DNA from: Anolis carolinensis
Lineage: Eukaryota
DNA length: 64,000 bases
Direction of reading: 5' to 3'
Assembly (NCBI RefSeq): GCF_035594765.1
Contig: NW_026943823.1
Location: forward strand, 8,308,001-8,372,000
Shown: one piece after another, positions 50,916 to 63,618 of the stretch
How the letters are laid out: each line of letters begins with the position of its first letter
Numbering within the stretch: the stretch's first letter is position 1
Notes under the pieces: model-generated
What the model was told of the DNA's origin: nothing
What the model saw: the letters and a program-made list of their open reading frames with translations, nothing else
Databases searched by the model: none
Position numbers and translations under genes: made by a program

Positions 50916-51673
50916 ATCGAGAAATGGACACCCTCATACAGTAGAGTCTCACTTATCCAAGCCTTGCTTATCCAAGCTTCTGGATTCTCCAAGCCATTTT
51001 TGTAATCAATGTTTTCAATATACAGTGACATTTTGGTGCTAAATTCATAAATACAGTAATAACAACATGACATTACTGTGTATTGAACCAATTTTTCTGT
51101 CAAATTTGTTGTATAACATGATGTTTTGGTGCTTGATTTGTAAAATCATAACCTAATTTGATGTTTAATGAGCTTTTCCTTAATCCCTCCTTATTATCCA
51201 AGCCTCGCTTATCCAAGGTTCTGGATTATCCAAGCCATTTTTGTAGTCAATGTTTTCAATATATTGTGATATTTTGGTGCTAAATTCGTAAATACAGTAA
51301 TTACAACATAACATTCCTGCGTATTGAACTACTTTATCTGTCAAATTTGTTGCATAACATGATGTTTTGGTGCTTAATTTGTAAAATCATAACCTAATTT
51401 GATGTTTAATAGGCTTTTCCTTAATCCCTCCTTATTATCCAAGATATTCGCTTATCCAAGCTTGGATAATAAGCTTGGATAAATGAGACTCTTCTGTAAT
51501 TAGACACGGACGGAATTGAACATGAATTTATTTATTTTTCCCCTTTGAACTGTTTTTTCAATGTCGAAAGATTGCTCCTCTTCAACTACAGAAAAGCTCA
51601 GCTACAGAAATATCTCCCCTTGGATTGCTATGAGTTTTCAAGGCTGTATGGCCATGTTCCAGAAGCATTCTCT

Positions 51674-51714
51674 CCTGACGTTTCGCCCACATCTATGGCA
51701 GGCATCCTCAGAAG
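51674..51714 (-). ncRNA. Minimal hammerhead ribozyme motif in a Penelope pLTR fragment
   Basis: CUU-CUGAGGA-ugccugccauagaugugggc-GAAA-CG-UC-AGG: intact core with the palindromic ACGU stem III typical of Penelope-type minimal hammerheads. Confidence 0.65.
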
Positions 51715-54639
51715 TTATGAGGTCTGTTGAGCACTAACTCTGCTGATATCTTCTTTGGTCACTGAGAATGAAAAATCTTTGTTTTTCCCTCTACCGGTCT
51801 GTGTCCTGATTGGGACTTAGGTGGAATATCCTTTCCTGCCATTTGAATCCATTGTTCCCGTTGCAGCAAAAAACAAGTTTTCAAGTGTTTCAAGGAAACT
51901 GGGATTCGGCCTGTACATAATAATACCCCATCGGTCTCTTGGCTGCATCCATCGATTCAGGATGAAACCTCAGCAAGAAGGGGATTCTTGGATAGAGAAA
52001 GAAAGGCCACGCTGCAGCCGCACTTCCAATATTGTTGATGTAAAAGTGTTGCTAATCGGCGATCGCAGATTCCTGATGCCACAGGAAACCCAGTAATCAG
52101 ATGTAGCTGTGGGTATCATCAGACAGATTCTACACCGACTACTGAGCAGCCCATTGGCATCCAATCCCAAGGAGTCCTGGTCCCTCTTGGCTCAACCAAG
52201 GGCCGTTCCAGATGATCATGATGCTGGTGACGTTTTGAGCATATTCCTGTGATGTATTCCCTGTGAAAACATATGACTGATCCAAAGTCACAGTTAATGT
52301 CATGCGCCAATGCAGCCCAACTTCATTTCTTTGTCTAATGCCCTAATACAACATTAATTTACTATACTGACCTATCAGTGACCTTCAGGAAGCCCACCAG
52401 TAGGACACAAGGACAACTAAGCTCTCTGTTTAATATTCCACCCATTTCCAGGAATATTTGTGGTCATTGCATGCCTTCAAGTTGTTTCTGGCCTATGGTG
52501 GCCCTCAGGCAACCCTATCATGGGGTTTCCTAGGGCTGAGAGTATGTGACCCTCCTCAAGTCCATCAATAGGTTTCTGTGACTACAACTGGTCTCTACAA
52601 TTATAGCTCAACACTCAAAGTGCTGGTCCTCATGCTGCCTCTAATATTGCTGCAGTCTGGTAACAACCACTGACACACCTTGAAAAGGAGACTTGTGTGG
52701 ACTACAGACCCCAAAATTCTCCACTATCACAATTTGGGGTGGCGGGAGTTGTTATCCAAAAGGTAACATTTCCAAGTACAGTAGAGTCTCACTTATCCAG
52801 CACTCGCTTATCCAACGTTCTGGATTATCCAACACATTTTTGTAGCCAATGTTTTCAATATATCATGATATTTTGGTGCAAAATTTGTAAATACAGTAAT
52901 TACTATGTAGTATTACTGCATATTGAACTACCTTTTCTGCCAAATTTGTTGTATAACATGATGTTTTGGTGCTTAATTTGTAAAATCATAACCTAATTTC
53001 ATGTTTAATAGGCTTCTCCTTAATCTCTCCTTATTATCCAACATATTCGCTTATCCAACGTTCTGCCGGCTCGTTTATCATCATCCCCATCATTTAATTA
53101 CTTATTAATCGCCCTCCATCCACGATGCTCTAGGCGATTTACAAGATAAAATTGTAAAGGATAAAAATACATACATACAAATATTGATAAAATTAACATA
53201 GATTAAAAGCTCTAGTAAAGAGCCAGGTCTTGAGTGCTAGGGTAAAAGGCCCTAACTCACGCATGTTGGATAAGTGAGACTCTACTGTACTGACCACTGA
53301 TGATCTTAACCACTGGTTTAGCTAGTTCCTCTACAAGATCATACACATGGACAGCTATATAATCTTTTTGCCATGTGGACTTCTCTTGGCACCTTACTAT
53401 GTTCTCAGGAAGGGCCAGCACATTTAGATACATCCTGTAATTATTAAGGGAGATGAGAAATTTTAAAAAAATCTAACCTTGTTCATCAGGAACTTCCATC
53501 CCCAGAAAAGCCATTTCTTTTGGTTCTCTACTTCAAGTTGCCTTTCAATAGGTTGGAAACATGTTGCCATCAATAGTCCTTTCATGCATGAACAGGCCGT
53601 TGCGACATGGCTGTATCCCTCCAAGGCTGTGCCGGCTTCTCTGAACAAGATGTGGTTTGCCGTCCTAATATTAATAGCTTTGCCAGCAGGTGAATTCCCC
53701 TTTCTTGCCGAGGCCCCTTTCTCTTCCTCTGACTCACCTCAACAGGGACAACCCCGATCTACAGATCTCAGCAAGGCGCATCCAAGATACATCAAAGTGA
53801 AATAGGCAGAACAAGACAAGACAGGGAAACTACCTGGCTCCTCCTTCCCTCTATTTTTTTAATTCTCATTTTCTGGAAATAACACTCTCTCTCATGTCGC
53901 CAGTGGACCTTCACTCAGCATGGTGCAGCAGGGACAATTTAGGGAGATGGAGGTTTACGAAGAAATGAAACATAAACTCATCACACTCTGTCAGAGCTTG
54001 ACTTATTTCATGGGTTGTCATGAGGTTAAACTGGATAAACAGAGGGACATGTGCACTGCCTTGAGCCCATTGGATGAAATGTGGGGTATAAATGTGATTA
54101 AGAAAGCACACAACAATAACAACAACAACAACTTTATTTTTATACCCCGCCTCCATCTCCCCAAAGGGACTCAGGAAGGCTAACATGGCGCCAAGCCCAG
54201 GTAATTACAATGAAACAAAATAAAATATAACACATAATATCACATAATAAAACACATAACACACACCATCAGCAGGTAAAAATGCATCAAGATAAAAACA
54301 CAATTACAGTGGAGTCTCACTTAACCAACATTCGCTTATCCAACGTTCTGGATTATCCAACACATTTTTGTAGTCAATGTTTTCAATGCATTGTGATATT
54401 TTGGTGCTAAATTCGTAAATACAGTAATTACTACATAGCATTAATGTGTAATGAACTACTTTTTCTGTCAAATTTGTTGTATAACATGAAGTTTTGGTGC
54501 ATAATTTGTAAAATCATAACCTATTTTGATGTTTAATAGGTTTTTTCTTAATCTCTCCTTATTATCCAACATATTCACTTATCCAACATTCTGCCGGCCC
54601 ATTTATGTTGGATAAGTGAGACTCTACTGTATACACATG

Positions 54640-55282
54640 TGTTGTTGAAGGCTTTCATGGCCGGGATCACAGGGTTGTTGTATATCTTTCAGGCTGTGTG
54701 GCCATGTTCCAGAAGTATTCTCTCCTGACGATTCACCCACATCTATGGCAGGCATCCTCAGAGGTTGTGAGGCATGGATAAACTAGGCAAGGAAGGTAAT
54801 ATCTGTGGAGAGTCCAGGGTGTGACAAGAGTCCTTTGTCAGTTGGAAGCCAGCACTAATGTTTCTGTTAATCCACAAGCATGTGGACAACTTCAACAGAA
54901 AGGAGGAAACCATGAAAATGAACAAAATCTGGCTACCAGTATTAAAAAACTCAAAAATCAGAACAGTAGATGGGAAGCAACACTCTTGAGGGCAGAGGAG
55001 CCCCAAGGATGGCTAATGACTGAACAAAGGATGCCCCCCAGGCAAGAGACAAACCTTTCCAATGCTAATTAGGGTGATTAACTGAAACATTAGTGCTGGC
55101 TTCCAACTGACAAAGGACTCTTGTCATACCCTGGACTCTCCACAGATATATATTTACTTTCCTTGCATAGTTTATCCATGCCTCGCAACCTCTGAGGATG
55201 CCTCCCATAGATGTGGGCAAAACGTCAGGAGATAATACTTCTGGAACATGGCCACACAGCCCGAAAGACATACAACAACCCC
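54640..55282 (+). mobile_element. Penelope-like element 3' fragment with inverted pLTR
   Basis: Inverted arms about 54672-54873 and 55074-55282. The spacer encodes HKHVDNFNRKEETMKMNKIWLPVL, resembling the end of a GIY-YIG ORF. Both arms carry mutated hammerhead cores. Confidence 0.8.
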
Positions 55283-56646
55283 ACAATTATACACAGTAAC
55301 ATAGTAAAATAATACAATAGCAACAATAACATAATAAAACATAATTTAAAAGCAAAATAGGAATTAAGCAAGAGCAAACTGGGCCAAAGTGCAAGGAGTG
55401 TATATTGTAAACTCAATGGGTGAAGAAGATGGATAAAGTGCTGCATTTAATGGAGACTTGGGGTGGGATAAACTATGAAATTATTTCCGACTGATGGAAC
55501 AGAATAAAATGCATCAGATATAGTGATTGTCACTGATAAATGCTCCTTTTGTGCTATGAGCAATTTTATTTCTGAAAGAGTTGGGGTAAGAACAAAGGTT
55601 CAGTTAAGTCTGATGTGGCAAATAGTAGCTATGCATCAGCATACGTGAAATAGGATCAACATTCATCAGTGAAATTCAAAAATCTTTGCAATGGTTATTT
55701 TCACTTGTCACTTTCAGAATGTTAACTTGGAATAATAATTTTTTAAAAACAAACACAATGGACCTTCGGTATCCACTGCTTTTGGTTGCAGGAGTCCCCG
55801 TGGATATCAAATTGCTGGATGGTCCAATCCTATTATATATAGTGGCATAGGAGAATGGTGTCCCCTTTATAAAAATTAAGCTATGGAAAAATTAAGCTTA
55901 GTTTTTTGGATTTTTTTAAAAAAATACTAAAGACAGGGTTGATGGAATCTGTTGATTCAGAATTCATGGATACAAAGGGCCAGATGTGAAATACAGTGGA
56001 TCTCAATTTGGGAAAGAGAAGTCTAGTACAATAACGTACTGTAATTTCCAATAACTTGTTATCCTTTCTAATATTATGGGAAGGGATTCTATAGGAGAGG
56101 GCACAATGTTTTGTAAGTAGTTTTGCACCATATGTTGATGGATGACTTGAAGGCACACACACACACTAAAGAAACCATAAATACATTGTATATCTTGAAA
56201 CAGTCCTGATAAAATGTATCTTGTGGGGGAGAAAGGATGTTTTTCATATAAAATCTAGACCTTTAGCATATTTTTAAAACTTTTTCCAACATTGTGTCCA
56301 CTGTAGTGCAAAGCTGTGACATGCAAATTGAGGGTTTGTCTACACTGATTAAAAAATTGTGTTCACAACCGCTTTAGCTCTTTTTACGTTTTAATGCAAT
56401 ATTTCAAAAACTCACTTCTTGCTTTGTAGTTTGCCCAGGGAAAGCCCGGATGTGGTACCATCCTGCTGGGAGGCTTCTCCCATGGCCCCACAAGCTAGAG
56501 CTGACAGACGGGAGCTCACCCCTGTCACGCCCGTCAGTTGGGGTTCTAAATTTGCAACCCCCTTTCTTCAGAAGCTTCGTCTTCTGGTTAAGGAGAATAT
56601 CCAAAACAAACTGCCTCTTTAACAAGAAAAGATTTATATAAAGGTA

Positions 56647-57154
56647 CTAGCTGTGCCCGGCCATGCGTTGCTGTGGCAAAGTATGAGGCCCTTTCTACAC
56701 AGCTGGATAAAATGCACACTGAAGTGGATCATATGGCAGTGTGGACTGAAGATAATCCAGTTCAAAACAGATAATATAAGGTTATAAATGGGTAATATAG
56801 CTGTGTGGAAGGGCCTTGAGTCTACACTGCCATATAATCCAGTTAAAATCTGATAATCTGTATTTTATAGCCAGTGTGGAAGAGGCCTAAGTGAGGCCTA
56901 ACTCTGCCTGTCCCCTGGGCTGAGTAGGTTGCTAGGAGACCAAGTGGGCGGAGCTTAGCCTTCTAACTGGCAGCAATTGGATAAAAACAATTATTCCTCT
57001 CCCTCTAATTAGGACTTTATTTTTCTTTTCTTTTTGTTGTATGAACGTAGAGGCATCGATGAGGGGTTGTGTTGCCAAGTTTAGTGTTTCTGGGATGTGT
57101 AGTTTTGTTGTTTTGTCCTAGGCTGAAATTTCATTACCCTTTTATATATATAGA
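56647..57154 (-). mobile_element. Non-autonomous Helitron
   Basis: Same termini and body as 4344-4993. Confidence 0.8.
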
Positions 57155-57516
57155 TTTACAAATACAGCAGAGTCCTTGGATTATTCAGCTGCTTCCACAT
57201 AATGATTTGTAAACAATAAAGTCCTCATCTTCAGCAAGATGCCACAGTCTTGTTCTTCAGACGTTGCAGCAATAATACACCTCCGGCAACTCCAACTTGG
57301 ACAAATCAGCTCCAGCAACTCCAGTTCAGCGTTCAAAGTCAAGCTCCAAACTCTCCAATCTCCAACCTCTTTTCAACCTTGAATAACATAATGTACTTAG
57401 TCTCTATTAGTACTCCATCTTTAGCAGGTGGCTTGATTGTTGCTGGCCATACAGTGATTGGTCATGATCCTTACAATCACTTACCCATTTTCACTTAAGA
57501 AATGATATAAAACTCT

Positions 57517-59566
57517 AAAAAAATACATGAAATGATACAAAAGATCATCAAAATAAATATCCAATTGAGACCGGAATACTTCTTATTAGGAATGACTGAT
57601 ATGAATTTCAACAAGAATCAAGAGATTCTATTTAATTATTTCGTAACAGCAGCCAGAATAGTACAGTAGAGTCTCACTTATCCAAGTTTCTGGATTATCC
57701 AAGCCATTTTTTTAGTCAATGTTTTCAATATATCGTGATATTTTGGTGCTAAATTCGTAAATACAGTAATTACAACATAACATTACTGCGTATTGAACTG
57801 CTTTTTCTGTCAAATTTGTTGTAAAACATGATGTTTTGGTGCTTAATTTGTAAAATCATAAACTAATTTGATGTTTAATAGGCTTTTCCTTAATCCCTCC
57901 TTATTATCCAAGATATTCACTTATCCAAGCTTCTGCCGGCCCGTTTAGCTTGGATAAGTGAGACTCTACTGTATATGCAAAGAAGTGGAAATCAACAGAA
58001 ATACCAACTAAAGAAGAATGGATATTAAAAATTATGGATATAAAGAACATGGATACACTGACATATTACTTGAGGACCCATCAGGGTAAACCAAAAAAAG
58101 AAACAGACTGGTAATTACTGACAACTTATATAGAACAAGAAGAACTTTTTACAAAAACATAATGTCGGAGTGGACTTATAACAATAACAAATACAAAATA
58201 TTTCATTACCCAGAAGAAAAGACGGGAAGTACTCTTTCTTTCTTCTTTTTTTCTTTTTTTAATTTTATTATTATTGTTGTTAATTTTTTTCTTTTTCTAT
58301 TTTTTTATTATTATCTCTCCTCCTCCCTATGACACCCTTCACTTTCTTTTCTATACTTATTATTGTTCTCACTCTGTCAAGAGTCAGACGCCAATTAGCG
58401 ATCAAAAATAGAGTTTATTCAGCAGATAAGCCAAATAGTAATGTTAACACAGAAAAAACCTTGAAACACTTCACTATCAGTGCTTCAAGAGCAGTTCAAA
58501 CAAAAATATAATTCAGCAACACAAGCAGGTAAAAACAAAGCTAAACAAACTTAGTGCAAACTGCACTTTCTGAGTCCAAGCCTTGCCAGCCGGCTCTGTA
58601 GTTTTCAAAGGAACAGTTCCCAAAAGAAAACACCAAATTGGTCAGGAAACAAACAAACAAACTAAGAATGCAGTAGACTGCTTCCACAATGTGGATAAAG
58701 CCGAAGGCTCCAAAAGGATGGTGAAAAGACGTCGTCCGGGATTCCAAGGTCAGGTCAGGAGATAACAGCGGTGTCCAAAGAGCAAGCCAGGAGTCAAAAG
58801 CCGATAGTAGTCATCAATCACAGGGCGAAGGCAGTAGCAAGGTCAAATTCCGATCCAAGGTCTGAAGAGGGTGCAGTCATCCAAAACAGGTCCACGATAA
58901 GACACAGCGAGAGCCAAGCTAGGTGATAACAGCAGATTCAAATCATAGTCCAAGTCCAGTCTTCATGGAAACACAGAGATCCCAATGGCGCCTCAGCAAC
59001 ACCTTGCCACACGCAAGGTGCAGTGGTCAAACATTCCCATTTTATTCCCCTTCCTCCTGGGTGACCAAACACTCACACCCAAACACCAGGTGTCCTAAAT
59101 CTACTCAGAGTCTGAGCTCCACACAGCTAGAGCTCGTGGATCTGGAGTACCTAGCAATTCGTCGGAGTCCCAATCATCCCGCCCACACTTAGCCCCATGA
59201 ACACTTAAAGAACCATCCTCCCTTCTCCAAGCATCCCAATTGGGATCAGCTCCTGCAGAAACCCCAGGTTCAGAAGTATCCATAGACCCCAAAATCCCCA
59301 GACATCTCCGGTGGCTGTGCCCATTCAGTGCCCGCTTCCCCAGCCACCACCTGTTCCTCAGCATCCATCTCCCCATCTGAATCTTCCTCAGAAGATCCCC
59401 CATATAGCTCTCTAAGTCGCTTCCTGCGCAACTCCTCCAGTGAACCCTCATCACGAGGGTTTTTTCTTCCTCTTCGAATTCCATCCCCATCAACCATAAT
59501 CCCCGAAGGCGCAGTCACAACACACTCTTTTTATGTTTAAAAGTGCTTAATAAAAATATTTTTTTA
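57517..59566 (+). mobile_element. 5'-truncated L1 hosting a MITE and a solo LTR
   Basis: ORF2 C-terminus IQKIIKINIQLRPEYFLLG...TAARIV/YAKKWKSTEIPTKEEWILKI, T-rich UTR, AATAAA; 17-bp TSD AAATGATATAAAACTCT at 57500-57516 and 59567-59583. Confidence 0.85.
58375..59522 (-). mobile_element. Solo LTR (1148 bp), Gypsy- or BEL-like
   Basis: TG...CA termini, 5-bp TSD CACTC, AATAAA on minus about 40 nt from the left end; interrupts the L1 3' UTR. Confidence 0.85.
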
Positions 59567-60729
59567 AAATGATATAAAACTCTGACAACCCGTCTTGCGA
59601 ATTCGAAACAGCAACCCAATCTTCAGGCCAGCAGTCCAGCCGGCACAAGGGTTTAATCCATTGCGCCACTGCGGCTTTGATGCAAAATATATCTTCCTTT
59701 TCCAATTTAGCACCAATAATGATGCTAAATTGGAAAGGGGAAATATATTTTGCACCAGAGCTTACAGTAAGTTATGGAAAACCATAAAAATATAAACAAA
59801 AGCTTTTTGCTAGCGAACCCACGGTTTGTCAACAAACAAACTAAAAATATTCATAAATTTCTTGTCCCATATTCAGGGTCAGAATGCATTTTCTCCCCTA
59901 GGCCTAACACCAGAGGAGTGACTACATTTGCTGTCACCAGGGCTGTTTCCTGCACAAGGCAGAAAGTGTAGGTAGAGGCTGAAGGTTTCCAGTCAGTCAG
60001 ATAGGAAAGTCCCCAGAAAAAAAATTGGGTGTGCTTTTGGGAATCCCGGAGGATGAGTTCATTGTGCCAGGGATTTCCACCATCACCACAGCCGGGTATC
60101 TTTTCTGGGACACAGAATGTAGGCAGAGCTTTGAAAAGTTACTTTTTCTAGCACAAAACCCAAATGCTCCAGCTTGATGGGTGGAGAATTCTAGGATTTA
60201 TGCTTAAAAAAGTTAGAAACAGAGTAGAATAGAGAATAGAGTCCAGGCCTGGGCAAACTTGGGCCCTCCAGATGTTTTGGACTTCAACTCCCACAATTCC
60301 TAACAGCCTACCAGCTGTTAGGAATTGTGAGAGTTAAAGTCCAAAACACCTGGAGGGCTTGAAGGGGCAAGGATGTAAAAGATGTAAAAAATACTCCTCT
60401 TAATCCAAAGTCAAAAGCAGGAGGCCCCTTTTTCTGTGAAGAGGGTGAGGAAAAACACCACAAAAGTTGAGTCTTCAAACTGCAAAAGAACTATTTATTG
60501 TGTGGCCATAGCAATGTCCCAAATGCATACATGAAATCAAAGGATTTGTCCGAATTTCCAAAATGGTTGCAAGGGTTTTATCACCTCCGCAGAAATTAGC
60601 AAGCATATCCTTATTGGCTTACAAAGATAATTTACCCCATTTGTCTAATGTTGTCTACATCACAAGCATCTTAACCATCATGAAATCCCATTGGTTTTCT
60701 ATGCTGTAACAACATGTAATTCTTTAGAC

Positions 60730-61431
60730 CAGGGGTCCCCAAACTTTTTAAGCAGAGGGCCGGTCCACAATCCTTAAGACTCTTGAGGGGCCGAATTATC
60801 ATTTGAAAAAAAAAATACAAACAAATTCCTATGCATACTGCACATGTCTTATTTGTAGTGCAACAACAACAACAACAACGAAAGAACAATACAATATTTA
60901 AAAATGAAAACAATTTTAACCAACATAAACCTATTAGGATTTCAACGGAAAGTGTGGGCCTGCTACTGGCCAATGAGATACTCAAGTTAATTAGGATTGT
61001 TGTTGTTGTTGTTGTTGTTGTGTGCCTTCAAGTCATGTCAGATTTTGGCCGAGCCTAAGTCTAAAATTAATTATTTATTTACTGCATTTATTTACTACAT
61101 TTATATCCCACCCTTCTCACCCCAAAGGGGACTCAGAGCAGCTGTATGTAAATACAATACATTATATTATTAGCATAACACAATATTAGCATTATATATT
61201 ACTATATTGAACTATACCACTATACTATTATATAATATGTAATATATAACATATAATTAGTATTATTATATGGTATTATTATTAGTATTATATTGTATAA
61301 CATGTATATCCAATATATTATATTATTAAAACTGATATAAAAATATTATATTATAAAACTGAGGGCGGGGGCCAGGTAAATGACATTGGAGGGCCGCATC
61401 CGGCGCCCGGGCCTTAGTTTGGGGACCCCTG
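60730..61431. mobile_element. Non-autonomous hAT (Charlie-like) transposon
   Basis: TIR CAGGGGTCCCCAAACT; perfect 8-bp TSD CTTTAGAC. Confidence 0.9.
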
Positions 61432-61964
61432 CTTTAGACAATGGTGCTTTCATGTTATTGACCCTGACTTGTTACAAGTATATGCTCGAAATCGTATGGG
61501 AACCGGTTCTGACTTGATGTATTGTTATTATTTGAAAGTAACTTCTTTTCTCTGGAACAACTCTTTTCCCATCAGCATTTTCTCTCAAGTGCAGGCCTTC
61601 CTCAAACATAGGACTTTTGCAACTTAGGTCAATCAAAACATATGGGACTTATAGTCATTACAAGTATCTTTGAAAATTCTTTTTAAACCCATGTCTCCCT
61701 CAGGCTGAAGTTTGCCCATGCCTTCTATAGCTGTTACTACCCCCTCCCCAGCTAAAAACATCTGTTGCAAATCTCATCCGAAGCTATTTCTGTCCCATGC
61801 TGCAGTCAATAAGTGACCCAAAAGCCAGGTAGAAGTGGTGCAAAAGCCATTGAGAAGTTACTTTTGTAAATGGTCTGATACAAGTTGTCCAATATAATCA
61901 AGGTCAACTGAAAAGGATGGTCCAGGAGTCATTATAAGAACTCAGATAAGCCAGTAGGTAGGAA

Positions 61965-62011
<47 letters not shown>

Positions 62012-62837
62012 GTTTATTTATATCCCGCCTCCATCTCCCCCCGAAGGGGACTCCTGGTGGCTTACAGCAAAATCAGATACAAAACAATAAAATATGAAAC
62101 ATCAAAGAACAAGCAGCTGAAAAAACACAACGCGGTATTAAAACATCGAATTAAAAACAATGAGGTTGCAATAGCGGATAAGCAAGGTGCACATTATGAG
62201 TTATTTTAAATAGATAAAGTGCAATAGATTCATTTAAGATCACATTGGGTAGAGAGGAGCCCTGAATTAATATCAAGTAATCAGGAAAAGAGCGACTAGT
62301 ACAAAACAGAGGGGTTCGTACATCGGTCCATACTCACCATGTAGTTGTTTCTGGTTTTCCCAATGATGTTTTGAAATTGCTGGTCTTTATTGTGGAGTAA
62401 AATGGATTAAATATGAGCCGGAATTGGCCTGTGCCATTCCTTCTCCATGGTTGCATGGACCACCTCTGCTGATGCCATCACTGAGAGATGGCTGGGGGTG
62501 TCAAGGTGATGGTCCAGCAATGCTGAAGCAGTCTTGGTCTGTCTGGACTGGCTGGATTCCACTACATCTTACGTTGTGGGTGGCTGCCTCTGGAGGCAAT
62601 TCATAGCATTATTCTCCATGAAGCGGCCAATGTAGATGAATCCAGAGTCATTAATTGAAGCCAGTCTAAAACCACATTACTAACAGTTAACAGGAACAAT
62701 TGGTTGTGATCAACAAAGCTGCAGGGGAGCTGCTGGAAGCTTTACGTCCTGTGATCTCATATCATCAAGTATCTAACTCATGGTGTCAAACTTGTAGCCC
62801 ACCAGGTGTTTTCGGCTTCACCTCCTAGAATTCCTGT

Positions 62838-63618
62838 TGTAATGAAGTACAAATTTTTGGTTTACAAATGTTATGTTTAATTGTGTGTTTGTGTTTTAGA
62901 AGGGTAAGTATTGCAGTTGCTGCTCTCAACACCCAGAGGCTGGTTGCCATGGAGAAGTGGGTAGAGCCAACTGCCTTTTGCTGAGGAAGAGCAGAGTTTA
63001 AAAAAGAGAGCCAGTCTGTGCTCTGATGAGGCACAGGGAAGACTGAACCTAGGTTAAAGAGATCAGGGAGACTCAATTGGTCATTTTGAGTCAGTTTAAA
63101 ATAACTTTGGTGACTTATTTAATATAATCTGTGTCCTAGTAAGGAACAGAGAGTCTGTGAAAGCAGATCACAGGGGTGACTGTGATATAAAAGTTGCTGA
63201 GGAATTGAATTTCCTAAAGTAAAGGAAGTAATATTTTAGAGAGTTGATTCATCTTATTCAAGTATTGTAACTCTTCGTGAGAAACTTCATTGTAACCATT
63301 AAGCTTTGTGCCTGAATAAACTTGTTCTTGTTTTTCCAACATCGAAGCCTCTGTCATATATATTTTGAACCAAGTATGCTACCATCTAAAGTAAATAAGT
63401 AAAAGAAGAAAGGAATAAAACGTAAAAGATCTTCTTCCTGAGTCTTTGGTGGCTAGATCATTTCAATTGGTTGTTCCATCTTTCCAAATTGGTGGCAGTC
63501 ATAATTAGCTCCATTACAAATTGGTGGCAGCTCTTTGTAATTAAGATTTTTTACAAAGTGGTGGCAGCGGTGGGATAAAAAGATCCCTCCCCCTATACGT
63601 AGTAATAACCCCTTTACA
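62838..63618 (+). mobile_element. Solo LTR (781 bp) with an internal tandem array of tRNA-Leu PBS repeats
   Basis: TGTAA...TTACA termini, 5-bp TSD CCTGT, TATAAAA at 63186, AATAAA at 63315. It splits a hAT MITE whose halves rejoin when the LTR is removed. Confidence 0.88.

Noticed and set aside
63440-63618. True CRISPR array
   Set aside because: Eukaryotic locus with no cas genes; the repeats are tRNA-complementary PBS sequences inside an LTR. The CRISPR comparison is architectural only.
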